From a virus (Duplodnaviria > Caudoviricetes): a stretch of 57,007 nt of DNA. Of the stretch, positions 21,401 through 27,323 are shown one piece after another. A program made the translations under genes and the position numbers. The notes beneath the pieces are model-generated. The model ran no database searches. It was given only the letters and a program-made list of their open reading frames with translations, and was not told where the DNA came from. The stretch is from positions 1 through 57,007 of the IMG/VR virus record IMGVR_UViG_3300043786_001636, one strand, 5' to 3'. How positions within the stretch are numbered: the stretch's first letter is position 1; each line of letters begins with the position of its first letter.

Positions 21401-23152
21401 CTCCTCGCGCAGAAGCGCCAGAGCCTGGTTGACCTCGGCTTCGGAACCAAAATCAGCTTTCTCGCGCAGACTCGTGATGATTTCCGTGAGCTTTTCTGCG
21501 CCAATTGGACCAACCGCCTTGCGATCCTCCACAACAAATTTGCGAATGTCGTCTGCCATGGCTTTCACCTTGGGTCGCAACGACTCAATCAATTCCTTGT
21601 CTTGCGCTTGCGGCAACCGGATGACGCCTCCCATGCCGGCGGTTCGGTAGATCTCCGTGGCTCGGAACAGATCGGCGCCGCTGTCATAGCCAAGTTCTTT
21701 CGCGACTGGGTCCAACGTCGCAATCTGTTTCGAGCTTGCAACGTCTTCGGCTTTTGCGTCTGGCCCCAAAGCTGCAGCAGCTTTTTGCGTAGCATTTAAC
21801 AGGTCTGCAGAAACGCCTTGTTGCACGGCTTCGCTCATGCTCGGCACCGTGATTTCGCGCAATCGTTGCGTAAACTGTTCCGGCGTCAGTTTTCCTTCCT
21901 TGCGCAGTTTGCGCAATTCCTGCACCTGCGCTTCGACGTTTTTGCGTAGTTGTTCTTGTTCGGTTGCGATCTGCGCAGCCCTTGGGCTTGGCGCTGGCGC
22001 AGGAACAGAGGCTTGAGGAGCGGTTGTTGGGGCCGTAGGAGCCGGAGCAGAAGATGCTGGCGCAGACGAGCTTGGCGCCGGCAATTCGGGAGTCGTTGTC
22101 TCCCCAATTTGAGATTTGGCAGTCACTGACTCCCGAATCTCAGGAGCAGCAGAGGATGCTGGCGCAGACGAGCCTGGCACCTGCGCGTTGAACGCATTGA
22201 CTCGACGGTTTTGCGCTTCAATGCCTGCCATGATTTCAGCCTGCTCGGCCATCAATTGGTCTTGGCCTTGCTTTGCCAAGGCCGCCGCTTTGTTCAAGGC
22301 AATGACTCGATCCAGATCCAGTTGCCTCGACTCCCGCGGGCGAAGGCGGCCAGCTTTTGCTTCAGCGTATCGCCGCTCAATTTCCTGCGCGTCTTGTGCG
22401 ACCTTGGCGTCGAACTGCTTTTGTTTTTGCTCAAACGCTTGCAACCTGGTCTCGGTTGCTTTCGTCGCCTCATCGATTTCTAACTGCTCGTTGATCCGCT
22501 CCCCAGCGCTTGGGGCTTGCTGCACCGGAAAACTCTTTGCCGCAATCTCCGACTGGTTGGCCGAGTCCTGCGCCTTTTTTCGGGCGTCCTCAATGCGTTG
22601 ATACTCTGTCTGCTGCTCGGGCGTGCCGTATTGCGAAATCGTGCTTTCGTCCAACCCTTGTTTCTTCAGGAACTCATCCCGCTGTTCTGCGGCTTGGCGC
22701 GCATAGGTCTTTGCCAATTCCGCAGCAGCATCCAAAGATTGCTGTTGTTCCTTTTTGGTCCTTTGTTGTTGCTCTGCTGCAGCTTTCTCCAAGGCCAATC
22801 GGCGTTGATTTGCTTGGTCGGTGAGGTCTTGCTGTTTGCGCTGCAGTTCTTCTTCTGAGGGGAACTCTACGAAGGGTTGCCCGCTCAGGTCTTTCTGAAC
22901 AGGCAAACCAGTGATTCGCGACGTCTCCTGCACCGAATCGTTCCATTTCGCGCGTTGTTCCTCCGCTTCCCTGCGCAATCGTTCTTGCTTCCGCGCTTCG
23001 CGTTCTGCCTCCTGCGCGGCAAAACCTTGCGCGACCATGCTCATGTCGCGCATGTAATCCTCGCGCGCCTGACGCGACGACTCTCCCAAGTTGGGCGGCG
23101 TGTAGAGCAGGACCGGAGGTTTCTGACGAGGCGGGCGAAGCGGGCTGGCCAT
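6413..23152 (-). CDS. Giant polyvalent / DNA-ejection (DarB-like) protein, 5579 aa
   Basis: One open frame of 16.7 kb. It has an N-terminal coiled coil, a Gly/Ala hydrophobic segment, zincin HEFIH (about 18995-19009) and ParB-like ISGRHR (about 18305-18322). It also has an HhH/DUF7178-like module (WY..VLSP..W..N..TIDTHA..QSVTW), four ART-PolyVal-like modules and a C-terminal helical region typical of large polyvalent proteins. Confidence 0.85.
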   Translation of the reverse strand: MASPLRPPRQKPPVLLYTPPNLGESSRQAREDYMRDMSMVAQGFAAQEAEREARKQERLRREAEEQRAKWNDSVQETSRITGLPVQKDLSGQPFVEFPSEEELQRKQQDLTDQANQRRLALEKAAAEQQQRTKKEQQQSLDAAAELAKTYARQAAEQRDEFLKKQGLDESTISQYGTPEQQTEYQRIEDARKKAQDSANQSEIAAKSFPVQQAPSAGERINEQLEIDEATKATETRLQAFEQKQKQFDAKVAQDAQEIERRYAEAKAGRLRPRESRQLDLDRVIALNKAAALAKQGQDQLMAEQAEIMAGIEAQNRRVNAFNAQVPGSSAPASSAAPEIRESVTAKSQIGETTTPELPAPSSSAPASSAPAPTAPTTAPQASVPAPAPSPRAAQIATEQEQLRKNVEAQVQELRKLRKEGKLTPEQFTQRLREITVPSMSEAVQQGVSADLLNATQKAAAALGPDAKAEDVASSKQIATLDPVAKELGYDSGADLFRATEIYRTAGMGGVIRLPQAQDKELIESLRPKVKAMADDIRKFVVEDRKAVGPIGAEKLTEIITSLREKADFGSEAEVNQALALLREELAGEFGQTEQSAKGVVTDAENAIGNVLSQLQLAAEQPVRDQVLEGGTLWVDDENAPKLPMSSTWGNYGTGSAKRKATPAEAEAIQRQAKQASLDDMFIRGLKDLQQGEWSPSALQTGRLWEPTKGSFADKFIKPTEGFLEKSSKVVIDSAPYMGLGAIPFAGVPLMAAAFAGERLDQLQQIEGDNQLKHRAAVANGENPPPYRRMTATEKLVDAVLVGTVQGAVERFLGKALKVGLGPAGGALAARMARVGVRPMASFGRRLGLRIGEEYLEEVVQQVTPYGADLVAELFGADRGDIGARFQSDMKQFVAMTPQMLMGILMMSGPMVYGSGRRADALGRGTFDLNNVADPNLKAALAASLPTVAEASAEQLVAAGYTPQIAARAAKIKNAASRFEYLANNQARLDLTTPAAQTAQRKLLEESNEPMVRVLRANMELAQRIAPARLANELGVTQEALQRAESMFGQSRDGDEALAAVALLNDPANFERSVAEAVQRTQDRARAIVAAAQETDPVLDVTAITEARQQALEAGIAPQDVEASPQMQAAREGQQNRAAARGLGRILNGGQATEAEMAAIGAVQAVINTPFLEAGQTANIVTDAGLAWLQQTSPAVAQLSAMTEQQARDWDGNRATAQTRAQENVSGISGVGTPEAQSQGRQDAAASSSEDAAVFRYTIQTNDGRTLTKDYAEQQSNEDVAAAFAREGATIAKGTSIVEEQIAPAATQTQPSPNEAQIAWLAQVAPEVAPMLRSFPKVVVTDEKTGPPMEYDMKQQALVLHRGVILSQLERGRRDYVAQTVRHEFIHHAMIRAIAKGEFTQEQVAAVWSELGKSEAGRKLQTLVNKEYFQTKEAKQAAIAAGLATDFHMASELVRMVVEGRIPGGQISEDLIRQSELRLVFSKILRWVKAALNRLLRDLSAEDVVTSIALERFVSNVDATMKEMLIAAPDVADVADVADVADVATAVAFEFEFEPEFPVAKLKLSKDVPNFKENADPETGVVRGERLEGKVDRRGLGPVIAWRRLNGDVEVISGRHRLDLFRRNGEKTIPTQIFNESDGFTKFDAQILDAELNIRDEKGSISDFATYFRAAGITREEAVARGLLARAKGRSGFAIGRDGSPDLYALHSAGRIADAKAAAIAEAAPGDAALQAVGLRYAGELSPEALTQLIRATRNTNEQGQQGDMFGFDDANLNSAVALVKESQKRIREIDEQIRAVKGAARNPEAARKLGVDVRDPAAVQSRIESLESDKARFQRFYGDPATIAELKGETPAKPIDFRDKDFLDATGQDSGFRLTGQNTRGTEFVEPDSRTQSEIDREAGQGDLLTPSEQSFTAPKPKEDGQNETLNASGATPSQPITAPAIIALARELDPQGLRDAVQKARAFIKREADKGIPLSQQMQADQITLAAQSVLLKNRDNPRAMALLVDAGKDTFAPSEQSFTPPQADPVTPPENEMLMASAAVPTLNANTPISRPSGRHDFSRVGTAWQGKVKPTTRDTNDGIHSVNAAGLAKQMPKITHFVDDVPLPSYLMESTDPETRRDVLIDFFKGNILALYDAFDTLGHNLTVRSTHWYDGARLIAESIASDNGITNEQAAGIMAVLSPMKDWFQNVAMAQRMADVFANHRDVVITRKQFSKTMRGMLDSAQDAAKRRKEFKLLEGRSIDDLWASGDLVDKRLAAVATRLLSQHFHGLEHQVLSPEGENLGLRRNLDGSTKKMVWQADVFILKGLSVAYDGSPENISATLGNEHKIRNFYNNIIAPNSPAGDATIDTHAVNASALYPMGNKGYLVGLSFGDAGVAGGGNSGIYWMFHEAYRQAAEERGIMPRQMQSVTWEAVRGLFTDDLKRSKAFVGQVTQMWANSTDAESTRQQIIGLGIRHPEWARFDAGSGPRPSGKPSVSGKADGKKADAKGSVRSGVRQGIARSGGLTTPSEQSFTPPQADPVTPPENDTLGASAAVPSAMARRFNVDRQSEPFVFAFLSRRRGRINTLKIKTRADLDAFAEAEFQRRSQNRFQVDPEDVRHLEPAVRAAAEKQVKYGIAEGRNTLDLLHTPDAESIAREQAELRAIAALKRKHERLEAEAQRLGTNEAWTRFEDAYAEYERAELARSKGEGLVTTEAGWQAWVEQNVNRPRREAAEAWANMLDDSQGEVAKLRAEEAKLAAEMAERPKGWGDAYFAQKIAKLEELRGKIREITDPYARNLAWDILEHSIGARDNHGFGRPRELNPEVLESTMEEIRKNSDKVIADETDADEVIPLESYTDTSRPPFRVFARSFKQSNPSAKKLEIAAAYDAKYPPNARTRTPLQSTGSEPGLSPLAIYDEERAKAATKGLRTIKAGDGHRWVFVPGNKNSGTSVFVTFADGSKVVGSDRVEAEYKARDVIEGYLDFSEIEVAQVSDLFYAEEDDFGFTVNSSADPDGDEAVKTFDTEEEAQDFIAEYQGQWVFRHTRWETYDLGNTYSDKESAANAAASVLVDEELNKIGFEEVPSIEDDAVKALMALSPDSWCTNGESMARDYLSRVDYWLLLPPTGNKTIGGIRLHTGTNRMEGINGVNNADDSRELLGDHAQRIALLVRQEGIEVTDSATKKAIEALSNLKASAAIPIERRMSHGTDREFDTFSEKSIGQTSGNRGYIGGVAYFWRGPQQATDASLFMQTRGVPLRGVRVVAAEIPERMLDVASDLNVSTTEKDPRKLSKEWKDFVAANPQLLQIDETDQAEIDRLRQVADQLDAILPDAGQRYRLTADAIERVPSGIAPFEITRGGQYPERLNQALREAGYDAIAMGKEVAVVNLDALQTLRASSAEPAMSARHAELEAKHNAGTITEAERKEAEALVEKAAKAAGYSVGFVKWFHGGEKIARQDRPIFLTDDTDVARDYANDADNGLVQSFYFNGKVANLHDVRGVDWENTAGGNIAEAVNYSSIQKKVIASGFDALLFSDESPSGKAHNSLLVVALNQIKSADAFTGVPLDERFNPESDSILRASGATPIKRSSAESAAAFTAEESTRIAGAQHGQGDSVVALRDRELDRLAQQRGIDPSAVAWAKDLFARWFRGRNFIQQVRADWDQAVEEDGENGRALMAAIEVHQAMFRAAYGDQTVIGVRARVPDFGTQVDGVDWSKRGDNVNVAFRIAGTSLWRVDQSYKAADLPAVLGEKLAKQIVKNRAQQGRIVGLDLKIRNRDMESPPMKGGLKERKLESGMSVVAFADANAPLGRQTMPLVREPGSQTELVTAHIRPEEIAAIGAIDTDAEHRPYGELLLLGTGKILSARTLVGPDTDPAKAIDRLVRKTRVEAENRRTSVANTANSKRKERSTYLRNKRISLDESLPDVDANGKSNILYASEAAPSPINTARADAAHMEAVNRGDLATAQRLVNEVAKQRGLREGYHYSPKTGSFDVFRANPGELGIHFGTKGQAESRQIAKGVTLAFGPNAARENRRLAEERERNTARYFLDLRNPLRVPDLGSWTEETLGPELTRQGIAHDGTLRGMQGALEAVGYDGLIYRNESELEADGTMTDSVAVLRPNQIKSAAASTGVPLSQRFDLSSDSILRSSNAEPTGLDNFVPSAQSGGMATGDGAAQNSPTPQGGLTDADRAWNAFYAAKKEAQQERSRIVEQSKENENASFGSLKWENGDDEGYWNARTRDGDWLTIFEDGNRFGYYGSVGSEEFEGIADTFREAAAYVEDEVNTAKRDENFKDESSWEQSLWELKDTFVVPPGVHGFSFDTSGQGQLGDFRRSQSLYGEGYFDQAGDDSDANRFRFSVRDHEPTEKWQQVHGFLDAYFLTEKQMPLESVANAIDEAENWLADAVKQRNVLRSSDLEPIGLTDADREYLDAVARGDLETAQRMVDAAAKAAGFVKWFHGGEKIARQDRPIFLTDDTDVARDYANDADNGLVQSFYFNGKVANLDDVRGVDWENTAGGNIAEAVNYSSIQKKVIASGFDALEFDDESPSGKAHNSLLVVALNQIKSADPVLRDESGQVIPLSVRFPESRASQGGALRAYAGEIEARDAQTLAANLRTPVALGMGGIGLERALNQTTGRVISSALASTDPANPEIQRNIAKGLETAANIVERIPMIGPIAKMVLEKAPAELIPHWGVAAEAVAAQREANIGMSRANMRGKEWLRLFREGGTSEVLGLHLPKAIAQDPVAQRAIFDYLVGDAPIAAVPPEARPVAQAARRTIDVLSRQAAKAGILNPTTVAAGLGTYLRRFYLKHEANRYGLMGIIGDALERHNDRKMLKNKMNLEYTMARLSDAYAVVIPGAKPKPVPHSADGRWRFDSAAERDAWFANFLDEQTARRMDITPNMVKQADRLEIGLRSQIRNVRQQIADEYELIEPKTDAELTAMGLIRDPGYVVGKIVSVMDHDIALAQMFAKMAVNPELVSDTLRPGFVRMGDNKALGAIAGKYVEENLARDLYTLAKAGDDAVKIYDALMAAWKEGKTVWNPATHGRNILGNIMFADFAGVSPVSPANWGYYSDAWTLVVKRQAAGSVNYAELYDQGVLGADIGQQEFATAIQALMGPSPNLTGFAAVLGKLRENVNNAYQVEDALFKAAAYVKARKSGLSPKAAAEYVRQWFPYYDEVAQSGTVRTLKRTIMPFYSFYAESMRIANNAIRYRPATFLKYMAMPTLLTHIGLTLLGYDDDDKEAVQAELRGHQKLGPLDFYMSMPFVVNGELQQIDLTNVNPYASSVGMRVEEGREPDPMLVRLGRGWLSSPMTSMAIATLMNRDVFTDKPVIHSEMRWWEQAGAILKALYNTLAPAPITSSGAVPRTADLGVNLLPPQSPLKDLAQRMDLGNVQRSTMAKRTAGGDVLRSWTGIDIRNATPQVWRIANRWAQRNGIGLGPEPGGDTDRIGRARQRIYQAILNNNPRAVQRELDALGRIGAKDRKAPNAVLTAKQFAEIIDSRDPLSNLRGEKGEKGEDRRARFLKEISPVERASVEKLTKEWLAMKQTAIRDIWPEVLRLRKQQAAEEQQGGYNLPLPGQNPPVKPGAYMVPLED
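9506..9853. repeat. 348-bp direct repeat, copy 1 (core of an ART-like domain)
   Basis: Matches 12533-12880 with about 6 mismatches by manual comparison. Confidence 0.95.
12533..12880. repeat. 348-bp direct repeat, copy 2 (core of an ART-like domain)
   Basis: Matches 9506-9853. Confidence 0.95.
15576..15625. repeat. 50-bp linker repeat encoding PSEQSFTPPQADPVTPP
   Basis: 47/50 identical to 17061-17110. A partial third copy lies at about 17414-17437. Confidence 0.9.
17061..17110. repeat. 50-bp linker repeat encoding PSEQSFTPPQADPVTPP
   Basis: 47/50 identical to 15576-15625. Confidence 0.9.
18525..18569. repeat. Tandem repeat (GCAACATCA)x5 encoding (DVA)n
   Basis: Five perfect 9-bp units, in frame within the giant gene. 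Confidence 0.95.
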
Positions 23153-23218
23153 TGGTCGTTTGTGGAAGAGAGCGACGTGCTGCGTTTAGGCTACGACAGG
23201 AGGTTTTTTGGGCGCAGG

Positions 23219-24535
23219 CTAAGGCTGGGACGGAGGCTTCAATGGAGTGCTGCGGTAGCGGGAATTGTAGATTTTGCGATTCGCTCCTACATAATCCTGC
23301 CCCAACACTTGCCCGCGCACTTGCATTTCGGCTTGGGACAAATTGCCGAACCGACGATTGTATTCCGACTGGAGCTTATTGAATTTCTTTGTCTTGCCCG
23401 CACTTTGCAATTCGCGGCCTTGGTTCTGCATCGATTGCTGCATCGCCAATTCCGCTCGCCATTGCCGCACGTCGTCGGCGTCGTAGTTACCGCCATATCC
23501 GACTCCCTTGATGTCTGTGCGCGGTGCAGGATTGGGATATCCATTGCTGTTGATACCCCGAGTGATGTGACCGACTCCGATCTGCCGGTCCAATGCGGCA
23601 TTTTCGGCGGTTTGTTTTTTTGCTGCGTCGATTGCTTCCTTCGGCGAAACTCCATTGATGCGCGGAGTCACCTTTTGCTTCGTGGCCCGATCGACAACTG
23701 TTTCGCCGGGTCCGGTAGGCCGCCGATTCCCGCCGTTCCAATTCGCCCTGTAGAAATCCGGTTGCACTGGCTGCGTGCCATAGGCTCGGCGAAACGCTTC
23801 ATCGTGCGCGCCCCGGCGCTGTTGCATGGCGACCTTGCCCGCTTGATTCATGTCGTATTCGGCTTGGTTGCCAGCCCAGTTCGCTTGGATGTTCTTCACG
23901 CGGTCAATTTGGCGACGTTCGTAATCGCTCATGCCTGGCGTGTATTCCGGGCGGGACATAGGGTCATCCACAGCATTTTTTGAGGCCCCGGCACTCAACG
24001 AATTCAATGCTGGTTGTCCGGCCATCCAATAGGGCGCCGTTTGTTGTTTTTTGCGTCCGCCTTGTTTAGGACCGCGGATGGGCCCTGCTGGAGTGGTGGC
24101 TGCGGGAGTGGCGCCTCGTGACGTCAAATTTGGATTTGCTTTTCCAGCGCGCCCACCTTTGCCGTTTGCTGACGCGAACATGGCCCCGCTCAAGGCCGCG
24201 TCGTAACGACCTTTGATTGCCCGGTCCATCGGCCCCAAAACGTCTTCCCCTTGCGCCTTGCGAGTGAATTCGTTTTTCTCCTCTCCCGAGAGAGCAGCGT
24301 AATCCTCGCGAAATTTCGCGTTTGCTTTGCTAGGGTGCATGCCTCTGTAGCGCCCAGCCTGCATGCGCAATCTGCCGTTGCGCAATTCAGCGCCGCCAGC
24401 CATTGCTTCGTCCTGAGCAAATTCGTAACCCATTTTTGGCGGGCGCATCAGCGGAGTGGATTGCTGCCTCCCCTTACCTCTTGTTTGCTCATACAGACGC
24501 TCGTTTACATTTTCAAGAATTTCGCCCTCATCCAT
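23219..24535 (-). CDS. Putative internal virion/ejection protein
   Basis: 438 aa, basic and rich in Gln/Gly/Arg, probably disordered. Directly upstream of the giant gene. Confidence 0.55.
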   Translation of the reverse strand: MDEGEILENVNERLYEQTRGKGRQQSTPLMRPPKMGYEFAQDEAMAGGAELRNGRLRMQAGRYRGMHPSKANAKFREDYAALSGEEKNEFTRKAQGEDVLGPMDRAIKGRYDAALSGAMFASANGKGGRAGKANPNLTSRGATPAATTPAGPIRGPKQGGRKKQQTAPYWMAGQPALNSLSAGASKNAVDDPMSRPEYTPGMSDYERRQIDRVKNIQANWAGNQAEYDMNQAGKVAMQQRRGAHDEAFRRAYGTQPVQPDFYRANWNGGNRRPTGPGETVVDRATKQKVTPRINGVSPKEAIDAAKKQTAENAALDRQIGVGHITRGINSNGYPNPAPRTDIKGVGYGGNYDADDVRQWRAELAMQQSMQNQGRELQSAGKTKKFNKLQSEYNRRFGNLSQAEMQVRGQVLGQDYVGANRKIYNSRYRSTPLKPPSQP

Positions 24536-24705
24536 AACGGATGATTCATCCTGACAATCTGCATCTTATCCACTGCAATTTTAATGGGCGATTGAACTCA
24601 TTGGAACTTAATGAAAATCACTCTGTTTTTTCTTGTTAATTCCATAACAAAGCAATATGATTTCTATAGATTAACTTTTTGCTAAATCCCCACGTATGCC
24701 CCGCC
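24536..24705. promoter_or_regulatory. AT-rich divergent intergenic region between the ejection genes and the terminase operon
   Basis: Clearly AT-rich stretch between divergently oriented ORFs. Confidence 0.5.
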
Positions 24706-25074
24706 ATGAAAACAGAATTCGCCGACGAAACGCAGCGTGATCTTCACAACGAGATCAATGCCCTCAAGACGTCGTTGCTGGAGACAAAGCGACAGCTTTA
24801 CGCGCACAGCAAATTGATCATGGAGGCCCTTGAGCTTCAGCGACAAATCGATTTGCTAAAAACCGTCATTCGTGATCTCCGCAACAACGGCACTGCAACA
24901 ATTGTCTGGATCAAGGCTGCGGACGCAGCCCTCCTTGGCGGAGGCATTAGCCTGAACCAGTTGCGCTCTGACAGGCGCAACGGCATCATCCCGCTGCACG
25001 GTTGGCGCAAGAAAAATAGCCGCGTCTACGAATACCGGCAGGACATCATTTGTTCCCTGTTCCTTCACCCGTGA
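24706..25074 (+). CDS. Coiled-coil plus HTH-like DNA-binding protein (regulator or alternative small terminase)
   Basis: Heptad-like N-terminus and a C-terminal WIKAADAA..ISLNQLRSDRRNG winged-helix-like motif. Its stop overlaps the GTG of terL. Confidence 0.5.
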   Translation: MKTEFADETQRDLHNEINALKTSLLETKRQLYAHSKLIMEALELQRQIDLLKTVIRDLRNNGTATIVWIKAADAALLGGGISLNQLRSDRRNGIIPLHGWRKKNSRVYEYRQDIICSLFLHP

Positions 25075-26891
25075 GCATTTCGCGCAGTTTTCGTGCGTTG
25101 CTGCAGCAGGCTGTCCGCGGTCCCTACGGTTGCCGCGCATGGATCGCCCAGCACGCATGGATTCTGAACAAGGACGGCGAGCTTGAACGATTCGCTCCAA
25201 ACCCGTTGCAGTCGCGCATCTTGGAAGCGCTAGAATTATGCTTGGCGAATAACTGGCCCGTGCGGATTCTCGGCCTAAAGAAGCGCCAAGGCGGTCTCAC
25301 TACGGTGTGCGCTGCGATTCAGTATTGGTTGCTGAACGTCCGCACCACGAACGCCATGGTGATGGGCGGTCTCAAATGGCAATCGGGGAACGTCTGGAAA
25401 TACATCCGTTTTTTCAAGGACCACGACACGTTCGATTGGGGCAACACGTTCAAGTTGGGCGAGGAAATCGGCGCGGTGTCCAATGGGTCTGCTTTGCAGA
25501 AAGGAACCGCTAAACAACCGGAAAGCTGCCGATCTGCAGCGCTGCGCTCCCTGCACTGCACCGAGGTTGCGCGGTGGGCCACCGACGGCGTGGCGAACGC
25601 CGAGCGCATCCTCACGGGCGCCATGGCTTCATTGCCGAAACTCCCGTGGACGTTTGCGATCTGGGAATCGACCGCCGCCGGGCCGACCGGGATGTTCTAC
25701 AAACGCTGGTCTAAAGCGTTGTCCCTTGAGGAAGTCAAAGCCGGACGGAAACCGCGGCCTGGTCAATTCATCAAGGTTTTTGCCGGGTGGCACGAACATG
25801 AAGACAGCCGGCTGTCGATGACCCCCGACGAGCGATCCGAGTTTGAGCGATCGCTCTCCGAGGAAGAACGAGCCTTGATGAATCGGTTTGACCTCAGCTT
25901 GGAACACCTGTTTTTTCGCAGGGTGACCATCGAAGAAGAGTGCAACGGCGACCCGCAAATTTTCAAGCGGGAATACCCGTTCACGCCAGAGGAGGCGTTT
26001 TCGGCGTCCTCCGCTAGTTTCTTCCCCAGCGCAGGTCTGGCGCACCTTCGCAAGCTGGCCGAGGCCGCCGAGCCCGAGCGGCGCGACGTGTTGCTGCACC
26101 GCGAAAACGCATCAGACCGGGTGCTGGCGCTGCCGGTCGAGGCAAAACAGGCTACGGTTTGGATTTATGAACCGCCCTCCCCCGGAAGCGCATACCATAT
26201 TTCGGCTGATTTCATGGAGGGGCTCGCTGCAGACGAAAAGGGGGATGACCGAGACCACCATGTCGTGCAAGTCTGGCGGGGCGGGTTCTTCGCCGCCGAC
26301 GGGCGGTGGCGCCCGCCTAGGGAGGTAGCCCGAACGGTGAAGCCATGCCGCTTCGCGCCAGACATCGTCGAGGATCTCATTGAGAACCTTGCCGCCTATT
26401 ACGGTGACTGTTTGGTCATCCCTGAAAACAACCGGGACGACGGAATCATCCGCAACCTGGTCAACCGCAACGTGCGCGTCTTTCAGGCTACGGTAGGCGT
26501 GGACGAACGAGGAGATGCCGTGACTGCGCGCCCCTCGGGCCGTTACGGTTTCCGCACCACCGGCGGTGACGGAGAGAGCAGTCGCAAAACCATTCTCAAC
26601 GAGCTTGCTGCTGCCGTCCGTCAATTCACTGACGCTGGCAACGGAGTGGAACTCACGCTGACCACGGTCGAGGAAATGGAGGTCTTTTGCCGCAATTTGC
26701 GCGGCAAGCCGGAGGCGATTGCCGGCCACCATGACGACAGCGTCATCGCTGCCGCCATCGGGTTTTTTTTCCGTGACCTCGGAACGCGCTACACGCCGCG
26801 AAAACACGATTTGGCAGCGTTCCTCAGCAACGATCCGCTTTTGCGCAGACAGCAATCACCGCAGCGCGTCGGTGGTGCGTTCGGGTTGTGA
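25071..26891 (+). CDS. terL: Terminase large subunit
   Basis: PNPLQ adenine-binding motif, Walker A LKKRQGGLTT, Walker B LHCTE, coupling motif EST, nuclease SAD, IPENN and HHDDSVIAAAI. Confidence 0.92.
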   Translation: MSISRSFRALLQQAVRGPYGCRAWIAQHAWILNKDGELERFAPNPLQSRILEALELCLANNWPVRILGLKKRQGGLTTVCAAIQYWLLNVRTTNAMVMGGLKWQSGNVWKYIRFFKDHDTFDWGNTFKLGEEIGAVSNGSALQKGTAKQPESCRSAALRSLHCTEVARWATDGVANAERILTGAMASLPKLPWTFAIWESTAAGPTGMFYKRWSKALSLEEVKAGRKPRPGQFIKVFAGWHEHEDSRLSMTPDERSEFERSLSEEERALMNRFDLSLEHLFFRRVTIEEECNGDPQIFKREYPFTPEEAFSASSASFFPSAGLAHLRKLAEAAEPERRDVLLHRENASDRVLALPVEAKQATVWIYEPPSPGSAYHISADFMEGLAADEKGDDRDHHVVQVWRGGFFAADGRWRPPREVARTVKPCRFAPDIVEDLIENLAAYYGDCLVIPENNRDDGIIRNLVNRNVRVFQATVGVDERGDAVTARPSGRYGFRTTGGDGESSRKTILNELAAAVRQFTDAGNGVELTLTTVEEMEVFCRNLRGKPEAIAGHHDDSVIAAAIGFFFRDLGTRYTPRKHDLAAFLSNDPLLRRQQSPQRVGGAFGL

Positions 26892-27260
26892 AGTTGCGCT
26901 CATTGCGTCAACGCGCGCCACAGCCTCCTCGCGTTTCGCCATGCGTTGCGCCAGCTTCTTCTGTTTGTCCTCAACGCTGTCGGGAATTTCCAGACGCTCA
27001 ATCGTCCACAATTGCGCCCGGGCGTGGAGCCGACCTTCAGCCAGCAACTCGTTGAACTGCCGCAGCAGATCGGCGTCCGCCATGACCTCGTCAAACTCCG
27101 CCGCTGTCAACGCCCGCCCCCGAAAAACGTAACATTTCCGCACCGGGTCGCCCACCCACGGTTCACGCGCGGCGCCGATAGTCACGAGGGCCCGCAGCGT
27201 TTCTCGGTCGCGGCCTGCAGCGAAGCGGCGAAAACTGCTCTTGATTACGTAATGCGTCAT
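26856..27260 (-). CDS. Hypothetical protein downstream of the major capsid gene
   Basis: 134-aa ORF in the head operon, overlapping the terL 3' end. Confidence 0.55.
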   Translation of the reverse strand: MTHYVIKSSFRRFAAGRDRETLRALVTIGAAREPWVGDPVRKCYVFRGRALTAAEFDEVMADADLLRQFNELLAEGRLHARAQLWTIERLEIPDSVEDKQKKLAQRMAKREEAVARVDAMSATSQPERTTDALR

Positions 27261-27267
27261 AACGCAA

Positions 27268-27295
27268 GACGGTGCGAGGAAAGCCTCGCACCGTC
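27268..27295 (-). terminator. Stem-loop after the major capsid gene
   Basis: Perfect 12-bp stem GACGGTGCGAGG-N4-CCTCGCACCGTC, followed by TTGCGTT on the minus strand. Confidence 0.55.
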
Positions 27296-27323
27296 AAGGT
27301 CCATCATCCAAATCCTGGCAAGC

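Noticed and set aside
22051-22172. Short direct repeat GATGCTGGCGCAGACGAGC
   Set aside because: It is a local duplication in a low-complexity Pro/Ala/Ser linker with no evident function.
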